The position numbers and the translations under genes were made by a program. A stretch of DNA of 64,000 nt from the NCBI GenBank assembly GCA_044867445.1, contig JBIOUY010000300.1, positions 5,435 through 69,434 of the forward strand, written 5' to 3'. The DNA comes from Gemmatimonadales bacterium. GTDB lineage: Bacteria; Gemmatimonadota; Gemmatimonadetes; Gemmatimonadales; GWC2-71-9. The notes below the pieces were generated by a model, which was not told where the DNA came from, did not search any database, and saw only the letters and a program-made list of their open reading frames with translations. This document shows, piece after piece, positions 43,075 to 52,996 of the stretch (the first letter of the stretch is position 1; each line of letters opens with the position of its first letter).

Positions 43075-43629
43075 ATGGGCGAAACTGCCCAGCCTAGACG
43101 ACGCCCACCTGCCGGCCGTCCACCCGCCGAGACGGTCCTTGTCGTGGACAACGAAGCGTCAGTGCGCCGCGTGGTGCGCCGCGTACTCGAACATGATGGG
43201 AACGTTGTGCTGGAGGCGGAGGACGCGGAGTCGGCGCTTCGGCTGATCGAGGAACATTCCGCTGGACTCGATCTGATCATCACTGATCTGACCATGCCGG
43301 GCATCGGAGGCCGGGAGCTCGCCGAAGTGCTCTCGGTGTTTCGCCCCGACCTCCGGGTCCTGGCGATGACAGGTTTTCCTGAGCGCCTCATCCCCGACCG
43401 GCGACTTCCCCTGCTTGGCAAGCCGTTTACGGTCGATAGCCTTCGCGAGGCAGTTCGGAGCATGCGCACCCGTCCCCGTGCCAACTTGCTTGACGGACAA
43501 GAACAGCGCGCCCGGGCCCGTCAACTTCGATCCGCCATCAGCGTCCATTCGGGCACGACACCTCAGCGATCTAGCGTCGATCTCGTCGCTGCTGCAGCCC
43601 AGCTCCGTCAGATCGATTCCCAGAGTTGA
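43075..43629 (+). CDS. orphan response regulator (receiver domain plus ~60-aa tail, no output domain)
   Basis: VLVVDNEASVRR...LIITDLTMPGIGG...AMTGF is a CheY-like receiver. There is no histidine kinase in the window. Confidence 0.85.
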   Translation: MGETAQPRRRPPAGRPPAETVLVVDNEASVRRVVRRVLEHDGNVVLEAEDAESALRLIEEHSAGLDLIITDLTMPGIGGRELAEVLSVFRPDLRVLAMTGFPERLIPDRRLPLLGKPFTVDSLREAVRSMRTRPRANLLDGQEQRARARQLRSAISVHSGTTPQRSSVDLVAAAAQLRQIDSQS

Positions 43630-43660
43630 CCTGCCGAGCGCAACTCCCAACCTGGCGAGA

Positions 43661-45937
43661 ATGAAAATGGTTCCGTTTCCTGAGCGCCTCCTCATGGCGG
43701 CGACGCTCCTGGCGCTCTCCGCGCCCGCCCTTGGCGAGGGTCCTCCCTTGCGCGGGTTCTCCGAGGCATCCGCCAGAATTCAGCGGGAGTGGGAATCCAA
43801 GTTCCGCAGCGTCCCCGAGCCGGACAGCATGCGGGAGGCAATGCGGGTTCTCTCCAGGCGTCCACACCACCTCGGCTCCGCGCGCGACAGCGTGAATGCC
43901 GATTGGATCCTCCAGAAGTTTCGCTCCTGGGGACTCGATGCCCAGATCGAAACCTTTCAGGTCCTCTTTGCCACACCGAAAGAGCGAGTCGTCGAGTTGG
44001 TCGCGCCGCACCGGCATAGTGCCAGCCTGCGCGAGCCCGCGCTTAAGGAAGATCCGACCTCGTCACAGCAGGCGGACCAGCTTCCCAGCTACAACGCCTT
44101 CTCCAAAGACGGGGATGTGACCGCCCCGCTGGTTTACGTCAACTATGGGATTCCGGAGGATTACGATCGGCTCAAACAGCTCGGTGTTTCCGTGGAAGGC
44201 GCCATCGTCATCGCGCGCTACGGCCGCTCCTGGCGTGGCATCAAGCCCAAGCTGGCCGCAGAACACGGAGCAGTGGGCTGCCTCCTCTACTCCGATCCGG
44301 AGGACGATGGGTACCATGCCGGCGACGTCTATCCTCGCGGACCCTTCCGTCCCAGAGAAGGCGTCCAGCGGGGGAGCGTGCTGGACATGCCCCTGTACGC
44401 CGGCGATCCGCTGACCCCCGGTGTCGGCGCGACCGCCAATGCGAAGCGGCTGGATCGCTCCCAGGCGCCTACGATCACCAAGATTCCGGTGCTGCCGCTT
44501 TCCTACGCCGACGCCGAGCCCTTGCTCCAAGCCCTGGGCGGCAGGGTGGCTCCCCGAAACTGGATGGGAGGCCTGCCGATCACCTACCACCTGGGGCCTG
44601 GGCCCGCTCGGGTCCATCTCCGGGTGCGCTCCAACTGGCGGCTGACGCCCGCGCGTGACGTCATTGTCCGGATTCCCGGCAGCGTCGCGCCGGACGAATG
44701 GGTGGTTCGCGGCAACCATCACGACGCTTGGGTGAACGGCGCCGAGGATCCGATCTCCGGCCAGGTCGCGCTCCTGGAGGAGGCGCGGGGCCTCGCCACG
44801 CTGCTGAAGCAGGGCTGGCGCCCCCGGCGGACAATCATTCTGGCCGCCTGGGACGGGGAAGAACCGATGTTGCTGGGTTCGACCGAGTGGGCCGAGACCC
44901 ACGCCGAAGAGCTGGCCAAGCACGCGGTCGCCTACGTCAATACCGACGGCAACGGGCGTGGCTTCCTGAATGCTGATGGTTCGCCCGCGCTTCAGCGCCT
45001 GATCAGCCAGGTTGCAAGAGACATCGCCGATCCCGAAGCCAACATGAGCGTGGTGAGCCGAGCCCGGCTCAGGGCAATTGCCACGGCCAGCTCGGCGGAT
45101 CGACGGAAGGAGGCGAGAGCCCGCGCGGATCTCCCGGTCGATCCAATGGGCTCCGGTTCCGACTACACCGCTTTCTACCACCATCTGGGCATCGCTTCAC
45201 TCAATCTGTCCTTCGGCGGCGAGGACGACGGAGGCGTCTACCACTCGATCTATGACAGCTTCCATTGGTTCACGACCTTCAGCGATACCGCCTTCGTGTA
45301 CGAACGCGCGCTGGCTCAGACGGTGGGGACCGCCGTCATGCGGCTGGCCGATGCCGAGGTGCTCCCGTACGAATTCACCGGGGTCGTTCAGCGCGCGCGA
45401 ACCAATCTTCGCGAGGTTCAGGATCTGCTGAAGACGATGCGCGATTCGGTGGAAGAACAGAATCGTCAGGTCAAGGAAAGTACCTTCGTGGCGATGAACG
45501 ACCCGAGGCGCCCGACCGTGGCACCAACCGTGGAAGATGTGCCTCCGCACCTCAACTTCACGCCGATCGAGAATGGGACGGACCGTCTGGGTCGCGCTGC
45601 CGACAAGTACGAGGAGGCGCTGACCAGTGCTATGAAGGACGGTGGGAAAGCTCTGCGGTCGGACGGGGTTGCTCGGGTGAACGCGTTGCTTCTGCTGACC
45701 GAGCGCGCTGTGGCGCCCCCAGTGGGCCTTCCCCGGCGGCCGTGGTACAGGAACCTCTTGAGCGCACCTGGCTGGTACACCGGCTATGGGGCCAAGACTT
45801 TTCCAGGCGTCAGAGAAGCGATCGAGGGAAAGCGGTGGGCCGAAGCCGAGGAACAGGCGGCAACACTGGGCCGGATGCTGGAAGAGGTGGCCGGGGCGAT
45901 CAATCGGGCCGCCGAAGAGCTCGAACGATTACATTGA
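43661..45937 (+). CDS. M28-family peptidase, glutamate carboxypeptidase II / transferrin-receptor-like
   Basis: Signal peptide MKMVPFPERLLMAATLLALSAPALG. PA domain, M28 zinc ligands (GNHHDAW...WDGEEPMLLGS...D), and a C-terminal TfR-like dimerisation helix bundle. Start ATG 43661. Confidence 0.85.
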   Translation: MKMVPFPERLLMAATLLALSAPALGEGPPLRGFSEASARIQREWESKFRSVPEPDSMREAMRVLSRRPHHLGSARDSVNADWILQKFRSWGLDAQIETFQVLFATPKERVVELVAPHRHSASLREPALKEDPTSSQQADQLPSYNAFSKDGDVTAPLVYVNYGIPEDYDRLKQLGVSVEGAIVIARYGRSWRGIKPKLAAEHGAVGCLLYSDPEDDGYHAGDVYPRGPFRPREGVQRGSVLDMPLYAGDPLTPGVGATANAKRLDRSQAPTITKIPVLPLSYADAEPLLQALGGRVAPRNWMGGLPITYHLGPGPARVHLRVRSNWRLTPARDVIVRIPGSVAPDEWVVRGNHHDAWVNGAEDPISGQVALLEEARGLATLLKQGWRPRRTIILAAWDGEEPMLLGSTEWAETHAEELAKHAVAYVNTDGNGRGFLNADGSPALQRLISQVARDIADPEANMSVVSRARLRAIATASSADRRKEARARADLPVDPMGSGSDYTAFYHHLGIASLNLSFGGEDDGGVYHSIYDSFHWFTTFSDTAFVYERALAQTVGTAVMRLADAEVLPYEFTGVVQRARTNLREVQDLLKTMRDSVEEQNRQVKESTFVAMNDPRRPTVAPTVEDVPPHLNFTPIENGTDRLGRAADKYEEALTSAMKDGGKALRSDGVARVNALLLLTERAVAPPVGLPRRPWYRNLLSAPGWYTGYGAKTFPGVREAIEGKRWAEAEEQAATLGRMLEEVAGAINRAAEELERLH

Positions 45938-45957
45938 CCGGCAACCGAGGCCACCCA

Positions 45958-46737
45958 ATGCCTACGTACGCCGAATACCTGAAGATCAACCAGCTCCTCG
46001 CGCTGCAGCAGCCTCTCTCGAAGGGCCCCGAGCACGACGAGATGCTCTTCATTGTGATTCATCAGGTATACGAGCTCTGGTTCAAGGAGATTCTGCATGA
46101 GTTGGACTACCTGGAACGCCTGCTCTTTCAGAACGACGGTGCCCGGGCTCAGCATACGCTGAAGCGGATTCTGACGATCCTCAAGGTGATGGTCGCGCAG
46201 CTCGATATCCTCGAGACCATGACCCCGCTGGAGTTCCTCTCCTTTCGCGACCGGCTGGAGTCCGGCAGTGGATTCCAATCGCATCAGTTTCGTGAGCTCG
46301 AGTTCCTCCTGGGCCGGAAAGATCCCAAGGCGCTGGATCGCTACCCAGTTGGAAGCCAGGCACGCTTGTCCCTCGAGCGCCGGTTGGCCAGCCGCACGCT
46401 GTGGGACGCCTTCCTTCACTATCTGGCCGCTAATAACGTCGCGGTGCCCCGAGCCGATCTGGAACGGGATGTCACTCGGCGAGTAGAGCCGTCCGCCGCG
46501 CTTCACCCAGTCCTGATCGAGGTGTATCGGACTCAGCCAAGCTTAGGGGAGCTATGCGAGCGACTGGTGGATCTGGATGAGGGCTTCATGGAGTGGCGGT
46601 ACCGGCACGTCAAGATGGTCCAGCGGACCATTGGCACGAAAATGGGCACGGGGGGAAGCGAGGGGGCGGAGTACCTGATGACCACGCTCAATCAGCCACT
46701 CTTTCCGGATCTCTGGACCATCCGAACTGAGCTGTAG
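45958..46737 (+). CDS. kynA: tryptophan 2,3-dioxygenase
   Basis: MPTYAEYLKINQLLALQQPLS...DEMLFIVIHQVYELWFK...FRDRL.SGFQS.QFR..E...G is classic bacterial TDO. The ORF-track frame upstream of 45958 is an out-of-gene extension. Confidence 0.92.
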   Translation: MPTYAEYLKINQLLALQQPLSKGPEHDEMLFIVIHQVYELWFKEILHELDYLERLLFQNDGARAQHTLKRILTILKVMVAQLDILETMTPLEFLSFRDRLESGSGFQSHQFRELEFLLGRKDPKALDRYPVGSQARLSLERRLASRTLWDAFLHYLAANNVAVPRADLERDVTRRVEPSAALHPVLIEVYRTQPSLGELCERLVDLDEGFMEWRYRHVKMVQRTIGTKMGTGGSEGAEYLMTTLNQPLFPDLWTIRTEL

Positions 46738-46770
46738 GGACGTAGGTCAAAATCCCGCTCGCCAAATTTT

Positions 46771-47973
46771 ATGGATCCCGCATCGCTCTATAGCTCACCC
46801 AACCAGCTCGCGCCTCACTATGCCCGATTTGGCGTGGCTGAGCGACTGCTGCTCACGGGGCACTCTCACCAGGCTTGGCCCGACGTGGGCTTCGATGCCC
46901 AGGCACGCGCCTGGTTGGATGCGGCCCGCTATGTGGACGAGAAGTGGGAACACGCCTTCGAGCAGGCCGACCGGGTCCGCCAGGGGTTTACTCGTTTGAT
47001 AGGGGATGCGGGAGGTGGCGTCGCACTCGCCGCAAGTGTCCACGAGCTGGTCGTGCGCTTGCTTTCTGCCCTACCGCTTCGCGACCGCCCTCGCCTGGTG
47101 ACCACCTCGGGGGAGTTTTACAGCACTCGGCGACAGCTCAATCGTCTGGAGGAGGAAGGCATCGCGGTGGTGCGAGTGGCGGAGTTGCCTCTCGAGACTC
47201 TCTCGGCCCGGCTGGCCGCGGCGGTAGATGACCGCACCGCGCTGGTTCTGGTCTCGGCGGTCTTCTTCGACACGGGCCGCATTGCGCGGGGTCTCGCTGA
47301 GGTGGGCGAGAGCTGCCGGCGGCACGGCGCCAGGCTGCTGGTGGATGCCTATCACGCTCTCAATGTGGTGCCCTTCTCGGTGTCCGCTGAGAGGCTGGAC
47401 GATGCCTTCGTCGTGGGAGGTGGCTACAAGTACTGTCAGCTCGGCGAGGGGAACTGTTTTCTTCGGCTCCCTCCCGACGGCGACCAGCTCAGGCCGGTGG
47501 TGACCGGATGGTTCAGCGAATTCACCGCCCTGGCGGAGCGGCAGCGGCCGGGGCTCGTGGCCTATGGCGAAGGGGGCGATCGGTTCGCGGGAGCGACCTA
47601 CGATCCGACCAGCAATTACCGGGCAGCGGCGGTGTTCGAGTTTTTCCAGGAGCAGCAGCTTACTGCGGAGCTTTTGCGCGAGGTCAGCCAGCACCAGATT
47701 GGGCTGCTTGCGACGGCCTTCGATGCGCTCGACCTCGACCCGGCTGTCGTGACTCGGGATCGTGACGCCCCCCTGAGCGAGATCGGCGGCTTCCTGGCGC
47801 TCCGATCGCCGATTGCGCCTATGCTGAGCCAACGGCTCCATGTCCGTGGCGTCTCGACCGACGCGCGAGGGGAAGTGCTCCGGCTAGGGCCGGCGCCGTA
47901 CCTCTCCGATCAGCAGCTGCGGGATGCGATCGGCCTGCTAGGGGAGGTGGTGCGGGAGACTACTGGAGCCTAG
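46771..47973 (+). CDS. kynureninase-like class-V PLP-dependent enzyme
   Basis: 400 aa. The GGGYKYCQLGEGNCFL context resembles the kynureninase PLP-lysine region (S.HKYLNGGPG). It sits directly after kynA. Confidence 0.6.
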   Translation: MDPASLYSSPNQLAPHYARFGVAERLLLTGHSHQAWPDVGFDAQARAWLDAARYVDEKWEHAFEQADRVRQGFTRLIGDAGGGVALAASVHELVVRLLSALPLRDRPRLVTTSGEFYSTRRQLNRLEEEGIAVVRVAELPLETLSARLAAAVDDRTALVLVSAVFFDTGRIARGLAEVGESCRRHGARLLVDAYHALNVVPFSVSAERLDDAFVVGGGYKYCQLGEGNCFLRLPPDGDQLRPVVTGWFSEFTALAERQRPGLVAYGEGGDRFAGATYDPTSNYRAAAVFEFFQEQQLTAELLREVSQHQIGLLATAFDALDLDPAVVTRDRDAPLSEIGGFLALRSPIAPMLSQRLHVRGVSTDARGEVLRLGPAPYLSDQQLRDAIGLLGEVVRETTGA

Positions 47974-47979
47974 TGAGGC

Positions 47980-50133
47980 TTAGTTGACGGCGAACAGCGA
48001 CCGGCCGATCACAACAAAGGGCTGCCCGTCAATGAAGACCCCACGCCCCTCTGGACCTGACACGTCGATGGAGTTCGTGGAATATGGCGGAACCGCCAGA
48101 TAGCGACGATCGAAAGTCTCAAAGAACACCTTCCCGTCTAAAGAGAGGCTTTCGACTGTGGGACTCGCGTTCCCCAAGAAACTTGCTTGTGTCTCACCGC
48201 CACCTGGTGGCCGTACCCACACTTGAAGGAGGTTGAAGGTCGGCTTGGTGTAGGCGATCCAACCGTTCGTCACCGCATACGTGCCCGAGCCCGCATTGGC
48301 GAACGGCCCCGCGAGCACGCTCTCGACTGAATCATCGTTCAAGATCACAAAGTGCTGATTCGACGGTCCGAGATCGTACCGATCATAGACGACATTCAGC
48401 CCATCGGTCACCGCGCCTTGGTGGGCAAACCCATCGCTGACCAGCGCCGAGACCGCGCCGTTTCTGACCCGCCGCAGCTCCGAACCGCTCCCGTAGATCA
48501 CGTCGCCGTTCGGGCCGACTGCAAGCGACCCGGTGTTGAAGTCAGTCGCGACCGTCGTCGTGGTTCCGGCGGTCAGGTCGCGGCGAAAAACCTGCGTATT
48601 GACATACCAGGCCGCGAACGAGCCGTTCACCTGGAGGCTGAATTGCGGAATATCGCCGAGCGAAAGCGCAGTACCGCCGCGCCAGTCGAATAGCTGGTTG
48701 GCCGAACTGGGGAAGGCCCGTGGGATTTCGAAGAGCGCGCCCGACGGGGTGAGAAATCCCTGCTCCACTCTATTGCCCTGGAGACCGAAGATCATCGTCT
48801 GTCCGCCGGACGCGCGGTCCTGGATCGCGATCTGGGCCGAGTCGGCCCACAGAAGCCGAGCCGACGCATCCAGAATGCGTCCAGGGGCCACCGCAACCTC
48901 GACCAGGCGCTGGCTCGTTTCGAAAGGAATGATTCGTCGGGCGGTCGCGCCGCTTCCGACCGAGTCCCTCACAGAAAACAAGACCGTATCGACGCCGCCG
49001 CCCTGGGCGGTCAGCACGAGCTCGAGGGGATCCTCCGGACGCTGAGTAAAGAGGCCGCCTCCGGCGCTGAGACCGCCCACACCGATTGCACAAGAAGGAC
49101 CATCGTCATGGCAAACGAGGCGTACCCGCACCTGGGGATGCGCAACTGTGAAATCCAGAGGCTCGAGCACGGTGAGCGTGGGGCGCCGGTCGAGGAAATA
49201 CTGGGTGGACCAGATCGAGACGTTGCCGTTCACATCTCTCGCCGCCACGGTTAACACCACCGGTCCATGCGGCACTCCGTCCAGAAGCAATGAGGTCGCC
49301 CATCCTGCTGTCCCCGGAACGCCGGACAGCTGATAGGAGCGGCCAGCAGCGCTCGCGGTGACCTCAACCACCTGATTGGCGGACACCGTGCCGACCGCCA
49401 ATCCGACCGTGTCTCCCAGGAACAGCAACTGAGACTCGACAGGGGCACCTCTAAAGGTGATTTGTACGCTGATATGGATTCCCCCATTGCGGCCGGCAAC
49501 TTCGAGCGAAGGGGGCCCGTCGCCGGCCGCGTTCACGGCGCTCACCACGTAGTAACAGGTCGCCTGGGCGGGGCAGTCGTGCTTGAACAGAGGGGAAGAA
49601 TTGGGTCCCGGCAGAGGAACTTCGACCGGGGAGATGGTCTCCGGATTCACGCCCGGCGAAGTGGCCACATACACCCGGTAACCAGAAGCGCCAGGCACAT
49701 CCGCCCAGTCGAGCCAGACCTGGCCGTTATTCCCGTTGGCCGCTCGAACATTTTGGGGGGCCGGCGGCGGGCCCGCCCCGGGCTCGAGTTCGATCTTCAA
49801 GGACCGCTCCTCGCCCGCGACGATCGCTACATCGGCGCTCTTGCTGACGTAGCCGTCCAGCGATGCTGAGACTTGCTGCGTGCCTTTGGGCAAGGAGTCG
49901 AACGAGGCCACACCCGCCGCCGTGAGCCGGCTCTGCCCCGCGGCCTGCACCGTCGCCCCGTCGAGCGGGGCGTCGGAGGTAGCGTTCACCACCGAAACGA
50001 CCAGCCGACCGGTCTCGGAAGAGGTGTCGGGGTCCGTCCCGCAGCCGAGAGCCGCCAGGGATATGAGAGCGAGGACCGCCAACGGCCGAAGAGACACGCG
50101 GGGCTCCGGCGGAAAATGTCGAACAGATGACAA
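47980..50133 (-). CDS. large secreted lipoprotein with CarboxypepD_reg-like and FN3-like N-terminal modules
   Basis: Lipobox LAALGC near the N-terminus. GRLVVSVVNATSDAPLDGATVQ (Ig-like) and PPAPQNVRA..GYRVY (FN3-like). The remainder is a beta-rich repeat region of unknown function. Confidence 0.6.
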   Translation of the reverse strand: MSSVRHFPPEPRVSLRPLAVLALISLAALGCGTDPDTSSETGRLVVSVVNATSDAPLDGATVQAAGQSRLTAAGVASFDSLPKGTQQVSASLDGYVSKSADVAIVAGEERSLKIELEPGAGPPPAPQNVRAANGNNGQVWLDWADVPGASGYRVYVATSPGVNPETISPVEVPLPGPNSSPLFKHDCPAQATCYYVVSAVNAAGDGPPSLEVAGRNGGIHISVQITFRGAPVESQLLFLGDTVGLAVGTVSANQVVEVTASAAGRSYQLSGVPGTAGWATSLLLDGVPHGPVVLTVAARDVNGNVSIWSTQYFLDRRPTLTVLEPLDFTVAHPQVRVRLVCHDDGPSCAIGVGGLSAGGGLFTQRPEDPLELVLTAQGGGVDTVLFSVRDSVGSGATARRIIPFETSQRLVEVAVAPGRILDASARLLWADSAQIAIQDRASGGQTMIFGLQGNRVEQGFLTPSGALFEIPRAFPSSANQLFDWRGGTALSLGDIPQFSLQVNGSFAAWYVNTQVFRRDLTAGTTTTVATDFNTGSLAVGPNGDVIYGSGSELRRVRNGAVSALVSDGFAHQGAVTDGLNVVYDRYDLGPSNQHFVILNDDSVESVLAGPFANAGSGTYAVTNGWIAYTKPTFNLLQVWVRPPGGGETQASFLGNASPTVESLSLDGKVFFETFDRRYLAVPPYSTNSIDVSGPEGRGVFIDGQPFVVIGRSLFAVN

Positions 50134-50265
50134 GAGGAGCTCTCAGAATGTAGCAAACGGCCGCGCGATGAGACCAGCTGTGGCGAGGCCGCCACGCAGG
50201 CGATGAGTTGCCATGGCTGCAAGGAATGGCGTCCTTACCTGCGAGAGGGCGAAATCGCCTCCTCT

Positions 50266-50296
50266 AGGATTCGAGGCCGGACCTAGGGATTATGAA
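50266..50296 (-). other. degenerate tRNA-Met 3'-fragment-like segment (old att remnant?)
   Basis: aggattcgaggccggacctagggattatgaa aligns 26/32 (1 gap) with 53997-54028. Both are followed by cgtcgggg. The T-arm is no longer pairable. Confidence 0.45.
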
Positions 50297-50351
50297 TCCG
50301 ATCCGTCGGGGGGACTCAACTGCTCCGATCGACTCGATCCCCAGGAGTGCC

Positions 50352-50696
50352 ATGACGAACCAGGCATCAGCAGACATGCTTTGCAGTCGGGCGAAGGTAG
50401 AGTTGGTCTTCCTGCTGGCTCACCAGCGAAAGCCCAAGAGTCATACGCGGCGCGACTGGTCGCTGCTCCGGAGCCTGATCCGGGAAGCCTTCGCATCGGG
50501 AGCTCGCGCGGAGCACCTGCAGGACGGGCCATGGCAAGTCGGCCAGCGGCCGCTGCGGAAACCGGGACGCAACGGGCTTCGCTTCGTCCCCCTGGTCAAG
50601 CGGGGCAACACGGAGATCATGATGCCCACGCCCCAGGAGTCCGAGGAGCTGGTGGCCTTTCTCAACTGGTGCGGGATGCCGGACTTCGGGGAGTGA
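50352..50696 (+). CDS. hypothetical small protein
   Basis: 114 aa from ATG 50352 (AGGAG 4 nt upstream), with high GC3 as in bona fide genes. No recognisable motif. Confidence 0.35.
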   Translation: MTNQASADMLCSRAKVELVFLLAHQRKPKSHTRRDWSLLRSLIREAFASGARAEHLQDGPWQVGQRPLRKPGRNGLRFVPLVKRGNTEIMMPTPQESEELVAFLNWCGMPDFGE

Positions 50697-50744
50697 TGGT
50701 GCGCCTCGGCTCATTTCCGCGTCGAGAGCAAATGGCCCTTTCCT

Positions 50745-51587
50745 TCACCCCTTGTAGGTGACGACCCGGCCCCAGAGGCTCTTCGTGCCCCAGATGCCCG
50801 CCCGCAGGCATTCGAGCTGGACGATCTGGCTGTGATCGACGAAAAGGTTTACCTCGGGTCCATAGTGCTTGATGTACCAGGCGAAGACCTCGGGGTCTGC
50901 TGCCTCGAACATGACACTCTCGAGCCCGAGCTGGTCGACGATTTTGGCGACCACATCGGTTCGCCAGGTCTCAACGCTCTCGGTGATTCCCTCCGATTCG
51001 ATCATCAGCATGTACGCGCCGGCGTCCAGAAAGCGCCGCCCCTGGGCGATGGCCCATGCCGGGTCACGCGTCCCCTCCGCCTCGAGCTCGGCGGCGGCGC
51101 TCGCACCGCCCGCGCCGAACTGGATCCCGATCTCGGGCTTGGCCCTGAGGCCCGCCTTCTGGACCTTCTCGACCAGTCGGATCCAGTCCTCCGTGGGGAT
51201 AGTGATGAACCCGCTCGAGACCTCGATGATGTCGAACCCGAGATCCTGGCACTCACCGACGTAGCGGTCGACGGCCTCCGGGCCCTGGGTGAGCACGTAC
51301 TCGATGAACCCCCCGGTCGAGACCAGCACGTCGTGTGCATGGCAGAGATCGATCAGCGCGCGGACCGCCCGCCGGGGCATCAGGCTGAACGACCCGCCGG
51401 CGAACTTGAGAGCGTCGACGTAGGCGCCCATCGTCTCCAGGATATCCTCGAGATAGCGCGTTCCGACCGGGGTGTAATAGGGCCCCCGAATCTCCGTCAC
51501 CCGCCGGCGACGGGGCTTGACCGGAGGCTCGTTCAGCTTCAGGAACGGCAGCGCACGTTCGTCACTCGGTCGCGCACGCGTGGTCAT
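50745..51587 (-). CDS. (2R)-phospho-3-sulfolactate synthase (ComA) family protein
   Basis: RGPYYTPVGTRYLEDILETMGAYVDALKFAGGSFSLMP...DIIEVSSGFI is the ComA TIM-barrel signature. Start ATG 51587 forms an ATGA overlap with the prpD-family stop. Confidence 0.85.
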   Translation of the reverse strand: MTTRARPSDERALPFLKLNEPPVKPRRRRVTEIRGPYYTPVGTRYLEDILETMGAYVDALKFAGGSFSLMPRRAVRALIDLCHAHDVLVSTGGFIEYVLTQGPEAVDRYVGECQDLGFDIIEVSSGFITIPTEDWIRLVEKVQKAGLRAKPEIGIQFGAGGASAAAELEAEGTRDPAWAIAQGRRFLDAGAYMLMIESEGITESVETWRTDVVAKIVDQLGLESVMFEAADPEVFAWYIKHYGPEVNLFVDHSQIVQLECLRAGIWGTKSLWGRVVTYKG

Positions 51588-52996
51588 GCTCTTGCTCCTT
51601 TCGCGGCCCGGGGGCCGGGGCGGGGACCGCGCGGGATCCGCACGCGGGCCAGCAAGCCGGTCAACTCGGCAACGGGCGCCATCCCCAGCCGCTCGACGGA
51701 TTCCACGATCCGGGTCCGGAGCTCTCTCGTCGTGTACGGTTGAGCGAGGCGCTCGAATTTCTCGACCACCGTGGCCCAGCTCGCCGGCCGGGTCGGGAAC
51801 CCTTCGAAGTCCGAGCGTTCCGCCGTCAGCACCCGCCCGTCGCGGAGCTTTACCGCCACGCGACAAGGCATCTCATTGGGAAAGCGCCTGGAGTACTCGT
51901 CGGATGATCGGACCGTGACCCGCCGAAGCAGGGTCTGGACGTCCTCCCGCCGGATCCGCTCGGGCCGGTACTGATCCGGCATGACCTGACCATCGAAGAG
52001 AGCCACCGCGATCATGTAAGGGAGACTGTGGTCAGCCTCCTCCTTCGAGCGGACCAGGGTCTTATTCCCCTCCTCGCCGCCGCCGATGATGTGGTAGGCC
52101 ACATCGAAGATGTCGACCTCGATGCTCGCGACGTCGTAGGCGGCGAAATCGTGCTCTCTTCTGAGCTCGAGCACGGCCTCCAGGGCCGACTGGGAATGGT
52201 ACTCGGCATTGAACTTCTTGATGCCGGTGCGCGTCACTCGCTCGAGGTCCTCCTGGCTCCAGTCGAGCTCGAACGGTCCCGCGATCGCGTCCATGAACCC
52301 CTTGTTGCCTTCGAACACCTCGGCCGGGCCGGTGATGCCGCGCGAGGCGAGGAACGCCGCGTGGGTAGCCCCGAAAGCGGTGTTCGGATAGGCGAGGCCT
52401 TTCCAGTGGCTCAGGGCACCGGTTCGGGTCACGCGGAGCGCGTTCAACGCCGTCCCGGCGATCGCGAGCGCGTTAGCGGTCCGCGCCTGGTCGAGTCCGA
52501 GCGCCTTCGCCACCCCGGCGGCCACGGCGTAGGAACCCTGGGTCGTGTGGTCGAACCCCCGCTGGCGCACGGGGGCGACGTCGCTCAGCCGGCACTGGAC
52601 CTGGTAGGCCACGGCCAGCGCCGCGAGGAACATCTCTCCGGTGCCCCCGGCATACTCGGCAGCGGCGAGGACGGCGCCGAGATTGTCACTCGGGTGGCAC
52701 GACTCCCCCTTGGCGACGTAGGCGTCGTTGAAGTCGAGATAGCGGACCAGGGCGCCGTTATAGAAGGCGGCGTGATCGGGGGCCGTTCGGCCGCCGCCAA
52801 TAAGCGTTGCCCGGCCGGCCCGCCCGAAATCACGGACGTGGTCGCGGACGAGGCGGCACGGCTCGCCCTCGACCGCGCCAATGGCGCAGCCGAGGCTGTC
52901 CAGCACCCGCACCCGAAGCGCCTCGCGCGCCTCGGTGGAGAGCGCGCCGTACGAAGCGCGGGTCACGAACGCCGCGAGCTGCTCAGCCCGAGTCAT
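51584..52996 (-). CDS. MmgE/PrpD-family protein (2-methylcitrate dehydratase-like)
   Basis: 470 aa with a typical PrpD N-terminus (LAAFVTRASYGALSTEAREALRVRVLDSLGCAIGA) and C-terminal domain. Confidence 0.85.
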   Translation of the reverse strand: MTRAEQLAAFVTRASYGALSTEAREALRVRVLDSLGCAIGAVEGEPCRLVRDHVRDFGRAGRATLIGGGRTAPDHAAFYNGALVRYLDFNDAYVAKGESCHPSDNLGAVLAAAEYAGGTGEMFLAALAVAYQVQCRLSDVAPVRQRGFDHTTQGSYAVAAGVAKALGLDQARTANALAIAGTALNALRVTRTGALSHWKGLAYPNTAFGATHAAFLASRGITGPAEVFEGNKGFMDAIAGPFELDWSQEDLERVTRTGIKKFNAEYHSQSALEAVLELRREHDFAAYDVASIEVDIFDVAYHIIGGGEEGNKTLVRSKEEADHSLPYMIAVALFDGQVMPDQYRPERIRREDVQTLLRRVTVRSSDEYSRRFPNEMPCRVAVKLRDGRVLTAERSDFEGFPTRPASWATVVEKFERLAQPYTTRELRTRIVESVERLGMAPVAELTGLLARVRIPRGPRPGPRAAKGARA

